From Blasia pusilla (taxonomy: Eukaryota): 64,000 nucleotides of DNA. Shown in pieces: positions 12,315 to 26,240 of the stretch (the stretch's first letter is position 1; the number at the start of each line of letters is the position of its first letter). Both the position numbers and the translations under genes were made by a program. Under the pieces are notes generated by a model. That model made no database searches, was not told the DNA's origin, and was given only the letters and a program-made list of their open reading frames with translations. The stretch spans positions 46,190,001 to 46,254,000 of the forward strand of contig CM114271.1 in NCBI GenBank assembly GCA_050084515.1. Reading direction: 5' to 3'.

Positions 12315-14179
12315 TCAGGGGGCTGGTGGGAATTCGTTGTTTGCAGGTAGGCAAGTGAGTTGCCTTGGTCGGGAACCCCTGGAGACGCGTGTGTTGCGGG
12401 TGTTTGTCATTTTTCTGTTCGGAAGGTCGTGGGCGGAAGCGCTATTCATTTTTCTCAGATTTTGTTGGTGCGGATTGATGGGGGACGGCAGCAGGGTGTA
12501 GCGCAGGTTGTGTCAGCAGGAGTAACGTTGTCTTATAGCTCGTGGAATATCGGGAGTACTTAGGGAGAAGAGTTAGAGCTTGCAGCCGCCAGGGGGCTGT
12601 CAAGTAAAGGGCGGCTAGGTTGCCTAGGGTTAGGTCGCGCAACTATTAGGGGTAGGGCACTGTGCATGGGAAGGAAGGCGCAGGAGGTAGCTAGGTCAGG
12701 ATGAGTAAATCTGGCACAGGTGGACCAGGTGCAGAGGGACGGGCGTCACACGCTCCGAGGATGCAAGGAAGCAGTGCCGCAGCCGCATAGGGCTACGTGC
12801 CCTCAACGCGCCACGTAGGCCCAAGGCCACGGTAGAGAAGGGAGAGCCGGGACTCGGGAGCAAGGAGCTCCAAGAAGCCGAGCAAATGCAGATAGGGGCC
12901 AGCGCTTGAACGGGGTCCGGCGAGGCGGGCGGGCTCATAGGGAGCCGCGTCGCGCAAGTCAAGGTGGGAGCAAGGGCTGACCGCATATGGCGGCATGCCC
13001 GGAGCTCCAAGGACATAGGAAGCTCCATAGGGCCGCGTGCCCATACAAGATCGCGGCTCCATAGGGAGCCGTGCAAGTGTAGTTAAAGGGCTCATAGGGA
13101 GCCGCGCAGCAAGAAGCTCCGAGGTTGGAGGGAGCTTGCATAGGGCAACGGACCCGCAAAGAGTTAACGATAGTGTAAAGGGGTAGAGCAGGCGCGCAAG
13201 AAGCTGCAAAGGGCACTGTGTGCGCGCCAACGGAGAAGCAGGGGGGTCAAACGGTGGCAGAAAGAGAGGTTGGGTGTGAGGCGATGGAGAAGCTGCGAGG
13301 TGCAATGTTGGATAGAGGCGTGATAAGGAGGCACGGAAGCCATGGTGGCCAAGGCCGACGGATCTAGAGGAAGGGAGCGACGGGGTTGGAACGGTGGACG
13401 TGATGCGTAGGGTGAATATGGTAGACGTGCTACCTGGTTGAGCGTCGGATGTGGTGAATTTGGATTACATAGTAGGGGAGATTTTGTGGCTTGGTATTTC
13501 TGAGGAGGGATCGCGATGTGTGGCGGGAGTTTGATTACCGTTCATTGAGAGTTTTAGAGATTTGGTGTATTGGTGAGCGTGGATGAGATTTGCGCGTTTT
13601 GTGATGGTGAGTGAGATGGGATATTCTCATTGATAGTTTTGCAATGAGAGTTTGGGACGAAGTGTTAGAGGTGGAGATGCGTGTCAATGCCGACAGGTAG
13701 TCTGTATCTATTGGCGGGAGGTTCGGCGTGCTGGTCAAGGAGAGTGTTATGTTGCGGGGGTTGCCACACCACATAGGGGAGTGCATGCTGACGGTGCCGT
13801 AGGTTGGAAGGCGTTATCAGGTTACCCATTCGAGTCCCTTTTCCCGCACTTGTCGTGTGTGATTGAGAGTGCCGGGTCACGGGTAGTAGCTGGTGCTAGG
13901 TGGGTGCAGCGATGGTGACGAGTGTAGATTCTTTTCATGTGTAGCATGTTGGTGGATATACGGTGGTTGCCACGTAGGGGTCGCATGTATGACCCGAGAG
14001 AGTGTCGCTATGTTAGGTGAGTCAGTTGGGAGGCTCATGGTGAGCCCGAGTGTTGAGCGTGCGTGAGGCCGGGTATGTCATCACGGGATTGATGTTAGCA
14101 TAAGTGAGCTAGTGAGGCGTGTGGGAGACTCTCGGTGAGTCTGAGTGCTTGAGCGGGTGAGACAGGGTTTGTCATCACG

Positions 14180-16660
14180 GTGTTCTTCCAGGGTTCGGAA
14201 GAACGGGGTAGTGTGAGCAGTAGTAGTGGTGTGATACGGAGTGGAGTGAGATACCGAGGGGTTACCAGTGAGGAGCTACCTCGACATCCATCCGTGGCTG
14301 GATCGTCATCACTCGACACTGGGTCTAGTGACGAGATCACAGACAGAGACAGTAGTACTTGGCAGGAGATGGACGACATGGGCCATCGGGGCATGCGTCG
14401 TTTCTTGGGTGCAGTGGGCACCATCGACTTAGATGATTTTATCCATGAGTTCGACACATGGTGCGACTTCCAGGAGATACGGACCCCGACACGGTTCAAC
14501 CCTTTCATGGCATGGAAGGGGTTGTTCCAACACTTGGAGGGTCCTCCGATGGATGATTACATGGAGTTTCGATCACTGTATTCAATAGAGATCGATGCTT
14601 GGAGGATGTATTGGGCTCCAGGGTATGTGTCCACTAGTGGTCGCGAGGCATATGATGGGATTGTGAGAGGAGAGAGACCCACACCATCAGCCTGGAGACT
14701 AGATGGAGAGGAGGGCAGTGAGACAGGCGATGTGGTAGAGACCTTTGGTGGTAGAGGGCCACCCAGCTTCAGCCCCACAGTGGAGTTCTTCCGACAGAGC
14801 TACCAGGGCGTACGCACCGACAAGTTGAAGAGTCTACAGGATTTTCAGCGACGATCGGGTGAGAGTCTAAGAGAGTCATTCACACGCATGAGGAGGCTGA
14901 TCATTGCTATGTATGGAGTAACTAAGGCGCAATCAGTCTAGTATTGGTACAGGGTTCTGGATCGAGAACTACGGAGGAGAGTCCGAGATGCGGTGCTGAT
15001 TCACACAGCGAAGCCCACATTGAAGATGGTCTTTGAGTTGTCTGAGCGAATTGAGCTCAATATGAGTGAGGAGCAGGTAGTGACCACTGGATTTTCTCGA
15101 GAGTTGACGGGTCCATGAGCGACGGTGACCCCACAGGTGCCACAGTGAGCACCAGTACCACGGGAGCGAGCCAGTGTGCCTAGAGAGCAGGGCGGGTACC
15201 GTGAGCCTATGAGGCAACGACCCGCACCTACATATGTTGCCCAACAGGGACCGATGTGGTCTTGTTGGACGTGTGGAGGGGCCCATAGGCAAAGAGACTG
15301 CCCACAGCATGGGAGAGGACCACCAACGCCTCCGATTGCTCAGGAGCCACAGAGGATGGCCCCACCACAGCACCAGTGTGACCATTGCCACAGATATGGT
15401 CACACTAGGGATAGATGTTTTGACCTTCGCCGAGGGGCACGTCCCAGGTAGGCCAAGGGCCCGGGGCGGCCGCCTGGAGGAGGTCGGGAGTTCTTCCTGG
15501 ATGTGGTGGTAGAGGACCACCACCACCATAGGAGATGGAGCGAGAGCACGAGCCGACACTTCTCTCACGCATCGATCGTTGGAGCAGAGGATTGCGCCAT
15601 GACGATGATGCGGCTTAGGAAAACGGAGCTGCGGCGGCTAGTGTGACTCGGCTTCTACCTCTTACCCGACCGGGTGAGATCTCGATATGGGATTTATGCG
15701 TAGTGCGGCCCAGGTTGAGGCGACTGCGGTGGTGACTCGGGTGTCTTTGCGAGAGGCACCGAGCCATCGAGAGGTGGAGTTGAGATTGACCCATCAGAGG
15801 GGACCAATGGGCGGCAAGCCAGGGTTCCACAGTCGTTCACATTGTCGGAGGCACTCCACACACCATCGATGGTGCCTCGACAACCAGCGGTGCCTACAGT
15901 TCAGCCACCTACATCGACGTCACGAGGAGTTGGAGTGACAACTCCTATGCCGGCTCGAGTGGAGTCAGTGTCGACCATAGTGTTGGAGGTGGCCACCAGA
16001 GTGAGTCAGACTCCACTATTTTCCGCCATAGAGTTGGCGACGTTGGGAGTTGGACCAGTTGAGGTGTTCCGGTTGGCCGCCACGTTGTGTGAGCCTGGAG
16101 AGATGACTGCTTCTTGTTCAGAGGTAGTTGAGGAGGTGGTGGAGTTGCCCTCAGAGCCGGTGTTGGGGACGTTCCCCACAGAGTCATGGCATGCGGCGGC
16201 GGCGAAGTTGGTAGATATGCCAGCTCGACCGGCCATAAAGCGAGCAGTGGTGACACATGGAGTAGTATTCTTGGATAACCGAGCCGAGTATTTCGCTTGG
16301 TTAGTCCGACGGGACAATATACCACCAGCAGCTGTAGCCCTACTTGATTCGGGGCGTAACCCTTGATGTTAGGAAGGCGGCCTGTTTAGCGTTGGGATTT
16401 ACGGAAGGCCGACATTGAGCCTTGTCCCTTCCAGATCTGAGACCTCGATTGGGGCGTATCACCCACTCGATATATAATCCGGCAGAGATTGTTGTCGAGT
16501 CGGCGAGCATGCGGCGGATAGTGCTATGATGCGCACACGTGCGATTACAACACTAGCTGAGTCGTACGATGTGTTGGTGGGGAGTGCAATGTTATATCCC
16601 CTAGGATTCATCCTTGACTTTTGGGAGGAGACCGTTGCTTATCGGCCAGGATTGCGTTCA
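14180..16660 (+). pseudogene. Element 1 gag and aspartic protease (disrupted)
   Basis: Gag-like ORF 14180-14941; knuckles CWTCGGAHRQRDC and CDHCHRYGHTRDRC (15260-15420); LLDSG at ~16340; YDVLVG at ~16565. Confidence 0.8.
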
Positions 16661-17049
16661 GGTGATGGCCGGATGAATCAGTTACCCGTGCAGTTTGTGG
16701 GACGAGGTGGTCGATCACGAGGCGAGTCTGTGACCACGTTGGCAGCTTTCACAGGTAGTGTTAAGTGGCCAAGAGAGTTGTTGGAGGGGAATGCACATGC
16801 GGAGGATTTCCCAGTAGCGGATAGTCCCACGGAGAGACAGGCCATGGCGGGTGTCTCTTCCCATGTTGGCGAGGCCTCTTCACCATTGTGGGGTACGACT
16901 CGGGAGCTACAGAGGAGTGCCGACGATCTCGTGAGGCAGGCGTGGAGTCGTGTTTTTATCCCAGAGTAGCGAGAGTCACGTGGCGATCGGGATTTTGGAG
17001 TGGAGACGTTGACCCCACTGGATATCACACCTGTTGTGTGGCAGTGCCC

Positions 17050-18020
17050 AGAGGAGGGTGTTAGGGTGTTAGATCTCTTCGGAGGGATTAGCACCGGATT
17101 GGCTGCACTATTGCAGGCGAGCATACGGGTGCATCAGTACCTTTATGTGGAGAGAGATGAGACTGCGCGGCGAGTATCATTACGTCACGTGGCGAGATTG
17201 GTCCAGAGATATCCTGAGTTGTTGCCGGTATCTGCAGTACGGGGATATCAGCATATGCTACTCGCCGACATCTCTTTGGTGGGGGCGTAGGATCTGGATA
17301 GAGTTGGCACCATTCATTTGGTGATTGCTGGATGGCCATGTCACGGTCATTCATCAGTTGGCTGAGGATTTGGATTGCAGGATCCGAGGTCAGGGATATT
17401 TTGGGAGATGCTGCGAGTAGTACAACACTTGCAGGAGAGTCAGATATGTTCTCCAGCGTACATTTTGGAGAACGTGTTGTTGGGAGACACTCGTGCACGG
17501 GATGACGAGTGTACATCAGGTGAGGTCCTGGTTGGGACCTGCTGTATTGTTAGATCCAGCGAGAGTTGGGTCACGTGCCCATCGTCCACGACTGTGATGG
17601 ACGAACCTGATTACCATCAGAGGTACTGAATCGAGCATACGGTGGAGTCCAGAGAGCACCACATCTCATAGTGGATGCTATTTTGGGCTCAGGGCGTCGA
17701 TCTCAAGTGGTGACACGGGATGATAGACCACCGTTGGCCATGGCCAATAGGGTGAGGGAGTTGAGGGCAGCCTTACCTACGTTGGTGAGCTTCCCAGCAT
17801 CCCATGCCTTTCGTCAGGGAGGGCCCGGCATGATTTGGGATGAGGTGACCGGAGCATTGGAGGAGCCTACAGCAGATGAGCACGAGCGCGCCATGGGGTT
17901 CACTACGGGCCTACTCTGGCGGTGCCGGGGATGATCGAGGCATCCAGAGGCAGTGTTGGGGCAGGCGATGGACCTCAACTGTCTCACATGGATAGTCAGC
18001 CTAGGTATGGCTGAGCAGAG
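17050..18020 (+). pseudogene. Element 1 DNMT3-like C5 cytosine methyltransferase domain (disrupted)
   Basis: Motif I VRVLDLFGGISTG; II YLYVERD; IV LVIAGWPC (~17318-17341); VI YILENV; VIII SRAHRPRL*WTNL; IX ERAMGF; X LGQAMDLNCLTWI, all in canonical order. Confidence 0.9.
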
Positions 18021-18148
18021 ATGGATGCGAGTGTCATCCATGCCATCACGTCCATGAGTTGGACCATTGCCTACAGGGTCTGTACAGGCATTGGCTGGGG
18101 GCAAGACAAGGAGAGATAGGCACCCATAGACTTCATGGGACGTCGTTC

Positions 18149-21100
18149 TATTGGATTCTCAACATCCACTCCTCTGAGCACCATTGATTTGATTGGCCCC
18201 CTTGTATGAGGAGAAGCCTAGATCGATGGTTCCGACTTAGACGTCGAAAGAGTCATAGTAATATGACGTAGGTGGTTTACGGAGTAGCGTTACTAGGTTT
18301 ATCTAACGAAGAAAAATATTTCTATTAATAGAAACGAAGAAACAAAGAAAAATAGGTAAAAACCCTAGTTTTTCCGAGTAGTCAAATAGTCGGGAGCCGC
18401 AGCGGTAGCGCATTCTCGTATGTTGAGTTATCTCGATTCGAGTTCCATCGAAGCTCTTCAGAAGCGCACGGACGGACTAGGCCACTTTGTATCTCTAAGT
18501 TTTGTAAAGATTTGTGATTTAGTCACTTTCGCTTTTCTCACATGGTATCCGAGCGCAAAGAGGTTTTTCCAAAGTATTTTGTATCCGGCGATCTAGTGTG
18601 TTTGCACAAAATCTTGAGAGATGGCTACTTCTTCTCGTCGATTCGTGCTCGCCCTCCTCCATTTGGGTGAAGGGAAGTTAGATGGGTCTAACTATTCGTT
18701 GTGGAAGTTCAAAATGAGAACTGTTTCGAATCATTTGAGATCCGGGAAACGGCCACGTGGGTCGATTCAAATCCACAAGCTAGTTTGAGTTCGCAAGTTC
18801 ATCTTCATCCGGGGATATCGATCATGTTGTATTATTGGCATGGAGACGCAAAACGCTGATGCTCTATATGCGATTGTCACGAATGTAATCGATTCTGTCA
18901 TGACTCTCATTCAACATACAACCACCTTCTTTGTTGAGGCGTGGAACATTTTGAAGAATCAAGATGAAACGAGGAATGAGACTCGGATTCAGAATGTGGA
19001 GAATCACTTACGTCAGAAATTTTCAGAAGGAGAAAGCGCGGAGCAATTTTTGACAAGGATCAAGAATCTTCAAGATCAGATGGCGTCCGTGGGAATTTCA
19101 AAGTCTAGCGAAGATTTGGCACGCCGGATTTTGCCTCCAAGGTATGACAATTTGGTCACTGCACTGAATACTCAAGTAAGACCCACGCCGCTTACTTTTG
19201 AACAATTTAGTGCAATGTTGGTAGAAGAGGAAATGCGCTTCAAAGCAAGAGAGGGAAGTGACGCAGAATTTACTGCCAACGTACAGAGAGGTAGAAATCA
19301 GGATTACAGTTCAAATGTCAAGAAGAAATTTCCAAGAAAAGCCTTCAAATGCTTTTATTGTGGTAAGCTAGGTCATCTTATCAAAGATTGTAGGAAGAGA
19401 AGTCAGGATGAGAAGAACGGTTGTTTAAGAAGACCTAAGAAGGAGTCTGGAAATTTTGTAGAACTGGGAGAACATGAAGTAGATGCTTGGGTAGCAATAG
19501 AAGAGTTCTGCACACAGGCAGAACATACCACTAAGACAAAGAGTGAAGATGCATAGGTGCTCGATAGTGGAGCATCTAGGCATATGACCAATCATAAGGA
19601 TTGGTATAGCTCCTTCTGACCTCTCTGAGAGCCCATCGTTATTCTTGTTGGGAATAATGCAAAGTGCCTGTAGAAGGGAAAGGCACAATTTCTTTAGTCT
19701 CACAAAAGGAGATGAAAAGAAGTTAAGCGATGTCTTTATGACGTACGAGTTGAAGCGAAATTTGATTTGATGGCGTGTATTATGTGATCGTGACCTAGAA
19801 GTTCGTTTCAAGAAAAGCTGGAGCGATCATTGAGGATGCCAATGGGAAATTAGTGGGTGAAGGTATACGACGTGGAAATATCTACGAGTTGCATGCTTTC
19901 ACGACAAGTGTAGGTCTGAGATCTTAGTAGCGATAAGTTGTGGCATGAAAGATTTGGTCACCTAAGCTTTCCCTTACTAAGTCGGATGCAAAAATCTGGC
20001 ATGGTTCTTTGATTTACCAACAATTTTCGGAGTGTCGGATACTTGTGAAGCTTGTATGATGGGGGCAACACCGACAACCATTTCCACAAGAGTCCGACAA
20101 TAGGGCAAAGGCTCCTCTAGAGTTGATACATCTTGACCTCTGTGGTAAAATGAGAAACGATGGCATTAGGTGGTTCTTCCTACTTCTTTTTAGTTGTCGA
20201 CGATTATAGTAGGAAGATGTGGGTGTATTTCCTTCGTGATAAGGCAAGTGCTTTTGGAAAATTTTAAGTATGGCACAAGCTGGTTGAGAATGAGACAGGA
20301 AAGAAGGTACAAAAGCTTCGCAGCGATCGAGGAGGAGAATTCTTATCAACGAGAATTCAACAAATATTTGGGAGAGCATGGAATCAGTTTACGATTAACC
20401 ACGGCACATACACCACAACAAAATGGAGTTGTTGAGCGTCGAAACCGCAAATCTGATGGTGGAGATGGCAAGATGTATGATGAAAGCAAAAGGTTTGTGA
20501 AGGATTTTGGGTGAAGTCATTATCTTGCCGTATACATTCTAAATAGAAGTGCTACCAAGTCAGTGCAAGGCATGACTCCTCATCAATCATACTCAGGTTA
20601 GGTACCATCAGTCCAACATTTCAGGACTTTTGGTAGTGAGTGTTTTGTACATATTCCTGAAGCATCGAGGACCAAGTTGGAGTCCAAGAGCAGGAAGTGC
20701 ATCTTTATGGGATACAGTGATGAGTCTAAAGCTTATCGCCTTTGGTGTCCTGAGGAAAAGAAGATGCTTGTGAGTCGTGACGTGGTGTTCCAAGAACAAC
20801 CTCGTCAAGTGGCGGATATCAGTGGTCCGTCCACATTATCATCAAACGAAGACATAACCCACCAGAGCACACCACAGATGTTTACACCAGATCATCAAGA
20901 AGAAGAATTTGGTGATGATTACAAAGAGCAACCTGCTCTTCCACTACGGTCGTCATACCCTAAGTGGATAAAGCAGCTCTTGGATGGTAAGGATCCACCA
21001 AAGAATCGATGAAGTTGTTACACATCCAAGGAGATCCAAGAGACTAGAGGAGCAGAATAGAGCTTCCGCACATCTCGTCAACATGGCCCTGATGACAGAG

Positions 21101-23034
21101 GTCTTGAAGGTGGAAGAGCCATCATGCTTGGATGAGGACCTGGCTCATCCTCAATGGAGAGAGGCCATGCAGACGGAGATGGACGCTATTCAAAGAAATG
21201 AAACTTGGACTTTGGTTGAAAAGCCAGAGGACAAGAAGATAATACGCACCAAGTGGGTGTACAAGACCAAGTACAAGTCGGACAGTACATTGGATAAATT
21301 CAAAGCGAGGTTGGTTGCACAAGGATGCTCACAAATCAAAGGCTTTGACTTCTATGAGACTTTTGCTCCCACTGCAAGGATGACAACCATTCGAATTGTT
21401 CTAGCGGTTGCAGGAACAAGACGTTGGCATGTATACTGTACGATGTGAAGTCTGCTTTTCTGAACGGGAGTCTCAAGGAGGAGGTATATGTTTCTCAACC
21501 ACCAGGTTTTGAGACACCCGGATCAGAAGAGAAAGTTTGTTTACTTCATCGAGCATTGTATGGGTTGAAGCAAGCCCCAAGGGTATGGTATCAACGAATA
21601 GATACATTCTTTCGAGAGAAGGGTCTCATGAAGAGTCCTTCAGAAGCAAATTTGTATGTGTTTTGCGAAGATGGGATGTATATATTGATAGTCTTGTATG
21701 TGGATGATCCGATCATCACAGGAGACCCTGAGAAGAAAATAGAGGAAATGAAGGGAGTGTTGGAATCTGAGTTTGAAATGTCGATTTAGGTCTTTTCACT
21801 ACTTTATAGGACTGGAAATTTGGCAACAATCAAATTCTATTTTTCTCTCTCAGCAGAAGTATGCTAGAGAAATCTTGAAGGCATTCGGGATGACCGAGTG
21901 TAAGGCGTGGTCTCGCCAATGGAGGTAGAGTTGAAACTCGATGGAGGATGTTTCACCATTGGTAGATGAAAAGATGTCTGAAAGCTTGTAGGCGTTTGAT
22001 ATTTTTGTGTAACAAGAGACGGACATTAGCTTTGTGGGAGTATTGAGTAGGTTCTCAACTAAGCCTCGTGAGAACCATTGGAAGGCGAGGATGCGTGTGT
22101 TGAAGTACATCAAAGGCACTATCGAGTACGGCATCACCTATGGAGCAGGGACGGAAATTTTTGTGACTCACATTGGGCAGGAGATTCAGATTCTCGAAGA
22201 TCAGTTTTGGGTTATTGCTTCTTGGTAGGATCAGGTGTGGTATCATGGGTCAGCAAGAAGCAACCTACAGTGGCTCTTTCTTCTACCGAGGCAGAGTACA
22301 AGGCGGCTTGTTATGCTTCTTGTGAAGCAGTATGGTTGAGATGGATACTAGAGGATATAGGAGAAGCACCAGAAAGTGCTACTGTAATGTGGTGTGACAA
22401 TCAGAGTTGCATTGCCATAGCACATAATCCTGTGTTTCATGCTCGTACAAAGCACATAGAGATCCAGTACCATTTTGTTCGTGAATTGATCGAGAGAGAG
22501 GTTTTGAAGTTAGTCTATTGTCCAACAGAGGATAACCGTGCAGACATCTTCACGAAAGTCTTGAGCGGAGATCGCTTCACCGACATCGAAGGGTCTTGGC
22601 ATAGGTCCAAGACAAGAGTCCACATGAGAATGGATATTGAGGGGGTATTGGATTCTCAACATCCACTCCTCTGAGCACCATTGATTTGATCGGCCCCCTT
22701 GTATGAGGAGAAGCCTAGATCGATGGTTCCGACTTAGACGTCGAAGGAGTCATAGTAATATGACGTAGGTGGTTTACGGAGTAGCGTTACTAGGTTTATC
22801 TAACCCAAAATTTTTCTATTAATAGAAACAAAGAAAAATAGGTAAAAACCCTAGTTTTCCCGAGTAGTCAAATAGTCGGGAGCCGCAGCGGTAGCGCATT
22901 CTCGTATGTCGAGTTATCTCCCAGTTCAGGTTCCATCGAAGCTCTTCTGTGAGCGCACGGACGGACTAGGCCAATTTGTATCTCTAAGTTTTGTAAAGAT
23001 TTCAGTGATTTAGTCACTTTCTGCTTTTCTCACA
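18149..23034 (+). mobile_element. Full-length but decayed Ty1/Copia LTR retrotransposon nested in element 1
   Basis: LTRs 18149-18542 and 22646-23034 (TA..CA); TSD CGTTC at 18144-18148 and 23035-23039; PBS TGGTATCCGAGC at 18543 (tRNA-iMet-like); purine tract before 22646. Confidence 0.96.
18621..22600 (+). pseudogene. Copia gag-pol polyprotein (frameshifted)
   Basis: CFYCGKLGHLIKDC knuckle; VLDSGASRHM protease; WHERFGHL, VDDYSR and QQNGVVERRNR integrase; LYGLKQAPR and LYVDD RT; TEAEY, CDNQS and ADIFTK RNaseH. Confidence 0.93.
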
Positions 23035-23173
23035 CGTTCGAGCAAAGAGTGCAAAGGCGGCTAGAGTAGCACATGTTCATTTTTCGGATGTGGAGCATGG
23101 TGTGGGAGGTCAGAGTGGAGTGGCTGTTGCGGAGGTGGCTAGGGTTGCTACATAGCAACCAAAGCCGGAGGTT

Positions 23174-26100
23174 GTGTCCTCTCCGAGTGAGGTCACGATG
23201 GAGACTTGGGAGCATGTGATAGGTCTCAAGTTGATAGGAGGAGATCGACGGCGAGTTCATAGGTTTCTGAGAGGGCATTTCAATTGTTTTGCCTTCAGTA
23301 TGAGAGACTTGGGTACGCTGAAGGGTCCCGGGATACGGATTGAGTTGGCTAGTGATATGCCGATCTTTTGTCGACCCTACAGGTATTCTGATATGGAGCG
23401 AGCCTTGATTCAGAGCAGGAGTCAGGACTTGTTGGAGGCAGGACTTGTGGAGTTATCACATGGGGAGTATGCATCTGCCACAGTCATGCCGACAAAGAAG
23501 TATATGTATGGCAACTGGACGGATAGGCGGATGTGTGGAGATTACCATCCTATCAACCGACAGACGAGGTCAGATCGGTACGCTATGCCTACTCCTGAGG
23601 AGATCTTTGATGCGGTAGGGCATGCAAAGATCTTCAGTACTTTAGATCTCCGTGCTGGCTATCATCAACTTCCTATCAGGTTGGAGGACAGGGAGAAGAT
23701 AGCATTCTGGGGGATAGATCGGTTCGGGAGAGATTGCTTGTATCAGTGGCGGTTCTTACCATTTGGGTTGAAGAATGTGCCTGCAGAGTTTCAGAGAGTG
23801 ATGGATAGGATTCTGGCTGGCTTGGATTTTGTACAATGTTACATAGATGATATTCTTATCTTCAGTTCCATGGTTGAGGAGCATGAGCGACACTTGGAGG
23901 AGGTGTTTTGGCGATTGCCGTTACATGGACTGAAGTTATATCCAGGCAAGTGCAGATTCTTTCAGGAGCAGATTGAGTACTTGGGACACACCATATACCC
24001 GAGTGGGTTAGGCGTTCAGCAACGAAGGTAGAGGCTATTGCGCAGATTCCATGCCATACAGATGTGAGTCGAGTCCGAGCATTTCTTGGACTGGCGAACT
24101 TCTATCGACGGTATGTGAAGGGTTTTAGTGTGATCGCAAAGTCTTTGACCTTGTTGACGAGACTTGATCAGGTTTGGTTGTGGGGAGATGATCAAGAGCG
24201 AGCATTTCAGGAGCTCAAGGACAGGTTGACGTCCTCACCCATTTTACAAAGACCGGTTAGGGGTCGCCCATTCCAGTTACATACGGATTGGAGCATGTTG
24301 GGTCTAGGAGCAGTGCTTACTCAGAGAGATGACAAGGAGAGGGAGTTTGTTATGGCTTACGCCAGCCGATCGACCAACATTGCAGAGGCGAAGTACATCT
24401 CCTATGAGGGAGAGTGCTTGGCTGCAGTGTGGGTCGTGGCACATTTTAGGTGCTATTTATTCGGCAACCCTTTCACACTTATCACTGATCATCAGCCGTT
24501 GAGGTGGTTGATGGAGTCCGACAAGCTTACGAGCAAGCTTGCCAGGTGGGCTCTATTACTACATGAGTATGAGTTTGAGGTGGTTCATAGGCCAGGTCGG
24601 CTGAACCAAGATGCGGATGGGTTGAGTCGTAACCCATGTCCGAGTCAGAGAGACGACACATGAGCTCGATGGCACGGAGAGAGTGATGAGGAGATGGTGC
24701 CCGGTTGGCATGCATCTGCCTATCTTTGTTGGTTGACTATGGCAGGTCAGCCACAGGTGATGACTCCACTGGTGGGGTTGGATGATGAGTCTTTGGATCC
24801 GGAGGTTAGTGAGGAGGCGAAAGGTGGTCGTGATATCCATGATGACGTGGAGGTTGTGGAGTTCTTGCGCACTGGCATCATTGCGAGTACAGTGAGTGCT
24901 AGGGGAGCGGATCGAGATCCTCTGAGAGAGCCAAGAGGTTCAGGTGGGAGGGGACTCACATTTTGTGGGTATGGGGAGATGGTAGGATACGAGTGGTACC
25001 TCATCCTTCCCAGCGAGCACGTGTAGTGAGACATGTCCATGAGGAGTTGGGACATTTCGGAGTAAAGCGTACTTACAACTTACTCCAGGTTCAGTATTGG
25101 TGGCGCGGCATGCATACTGGAATACAGCAGTTTGTGGCCAGAGCATCCTTCAATGCTCCCACTCCGCAGTTACATCCTTTTCCGATTATGGGTTTAGGTT
25201 ATCGGTGGAGTTTAGACTTTGCGGGACTTTTGCCATTGACTGGGCGTCATCATAGGTACGTGTTGGTCATGGTGGAGCATTTCTCCAAGTGGATAGAGTT
25301 GGTGGCAATACCAGACAAGGCGAGCGAGGGAACAACTTATGCGTTTCTAGATCGTGTGCTTAGTCACTTTGGTGCACCGGCGGAGGTGTTGACTGACCAG
25401 GGTACCGAGTTCAGGGGAGAGTTTCAGGCCCTGTGTGATCAGGCGCCGATAGATCACCGCACCACGTCCAGAGATCATCCTGAGGCGGATGGGTTGGCGG
25501 AGAGAGTGGAGACGGTGAAGAGAGGATTGCGCAAGTATGGCTTGCAGCAGGGACAGTTGAGGGAGTGCGACCTACAGTTGCCATGGTTGACTATGGGTTA
25601 TCGCTTTAGTCGGCAGGCATCCTTTGCGTTATTTTCATCGTACTTTTTGCTCTTTGGGAGAGAGCCAGATTTACCTGCAGCGATTTGACGTGACGTGGAG
25701 GAGGTGTTAGATCTTGATGATCCAGATGTGTGGGTACAAGCATGTTCTCAGAGGGCAGAAGTTTTTCGTAGAGTTATGCCTATGGCCTTTGAGAACTTAG
25801 CTATTGCCCAACATAGAGATACATTGAGGTACGCGACCATTCGTGGAGGAGGTTATCGTCTAGGGATTAGGAGGTTTCATCATGGAGATGACGTGTATTT
25901 ACAGTAAGCGGCACCCACGACGCTAGATGTCACTGTAGGGCGCACGATCCTACGTGTGCGCGAGGTATTGCCGACCAGAGTCCTCATGTTGGAGGGACGG
26001 GATGGTATGGTTTGGAAGGATCATGTGCGCAATTGTGCGCCATGTCATCTTTGGAACGTAGATGGGACGGTGGATCCGAGCTTGGCAGTGGTACCTGCAG

Positions 26101-26240
26101 GCTTGAGGTGTATGTTGTGCGGATCTGCGAGGGGTGCAGCCACCATGTTGGTATGTGATGGTTGTTCTCGAGGCCTGACCCCCCCTCTTGATATGGTTCC
26201 CACGGGATGATGGATGTGTCCGAGATGTGTATAGGGTAGT
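23174..26240 (+). pseudogene. Element 1 RT, RNaseH, integrase and PHD finger (disrupted)
   Basis: RMCGDY, LDLRAGYHQ, PFGLKN, YIDD; TDWSMLGLGAVL, TDHQPL, DADGLSR; HEELGHFG, SLDFAG, TDQG, GLAER; PHD CMLC..VCDGC..WMCPRC with an internal deletion. Confidence 0.93.

Noticed and set aside
12696-13352. Several 60-170 aa minus-strand ORFs in the element 1 leader as an antisense accessory gene
   Set aside because: GC-rich repetitive sequence, no domain, and not conserved in element 2
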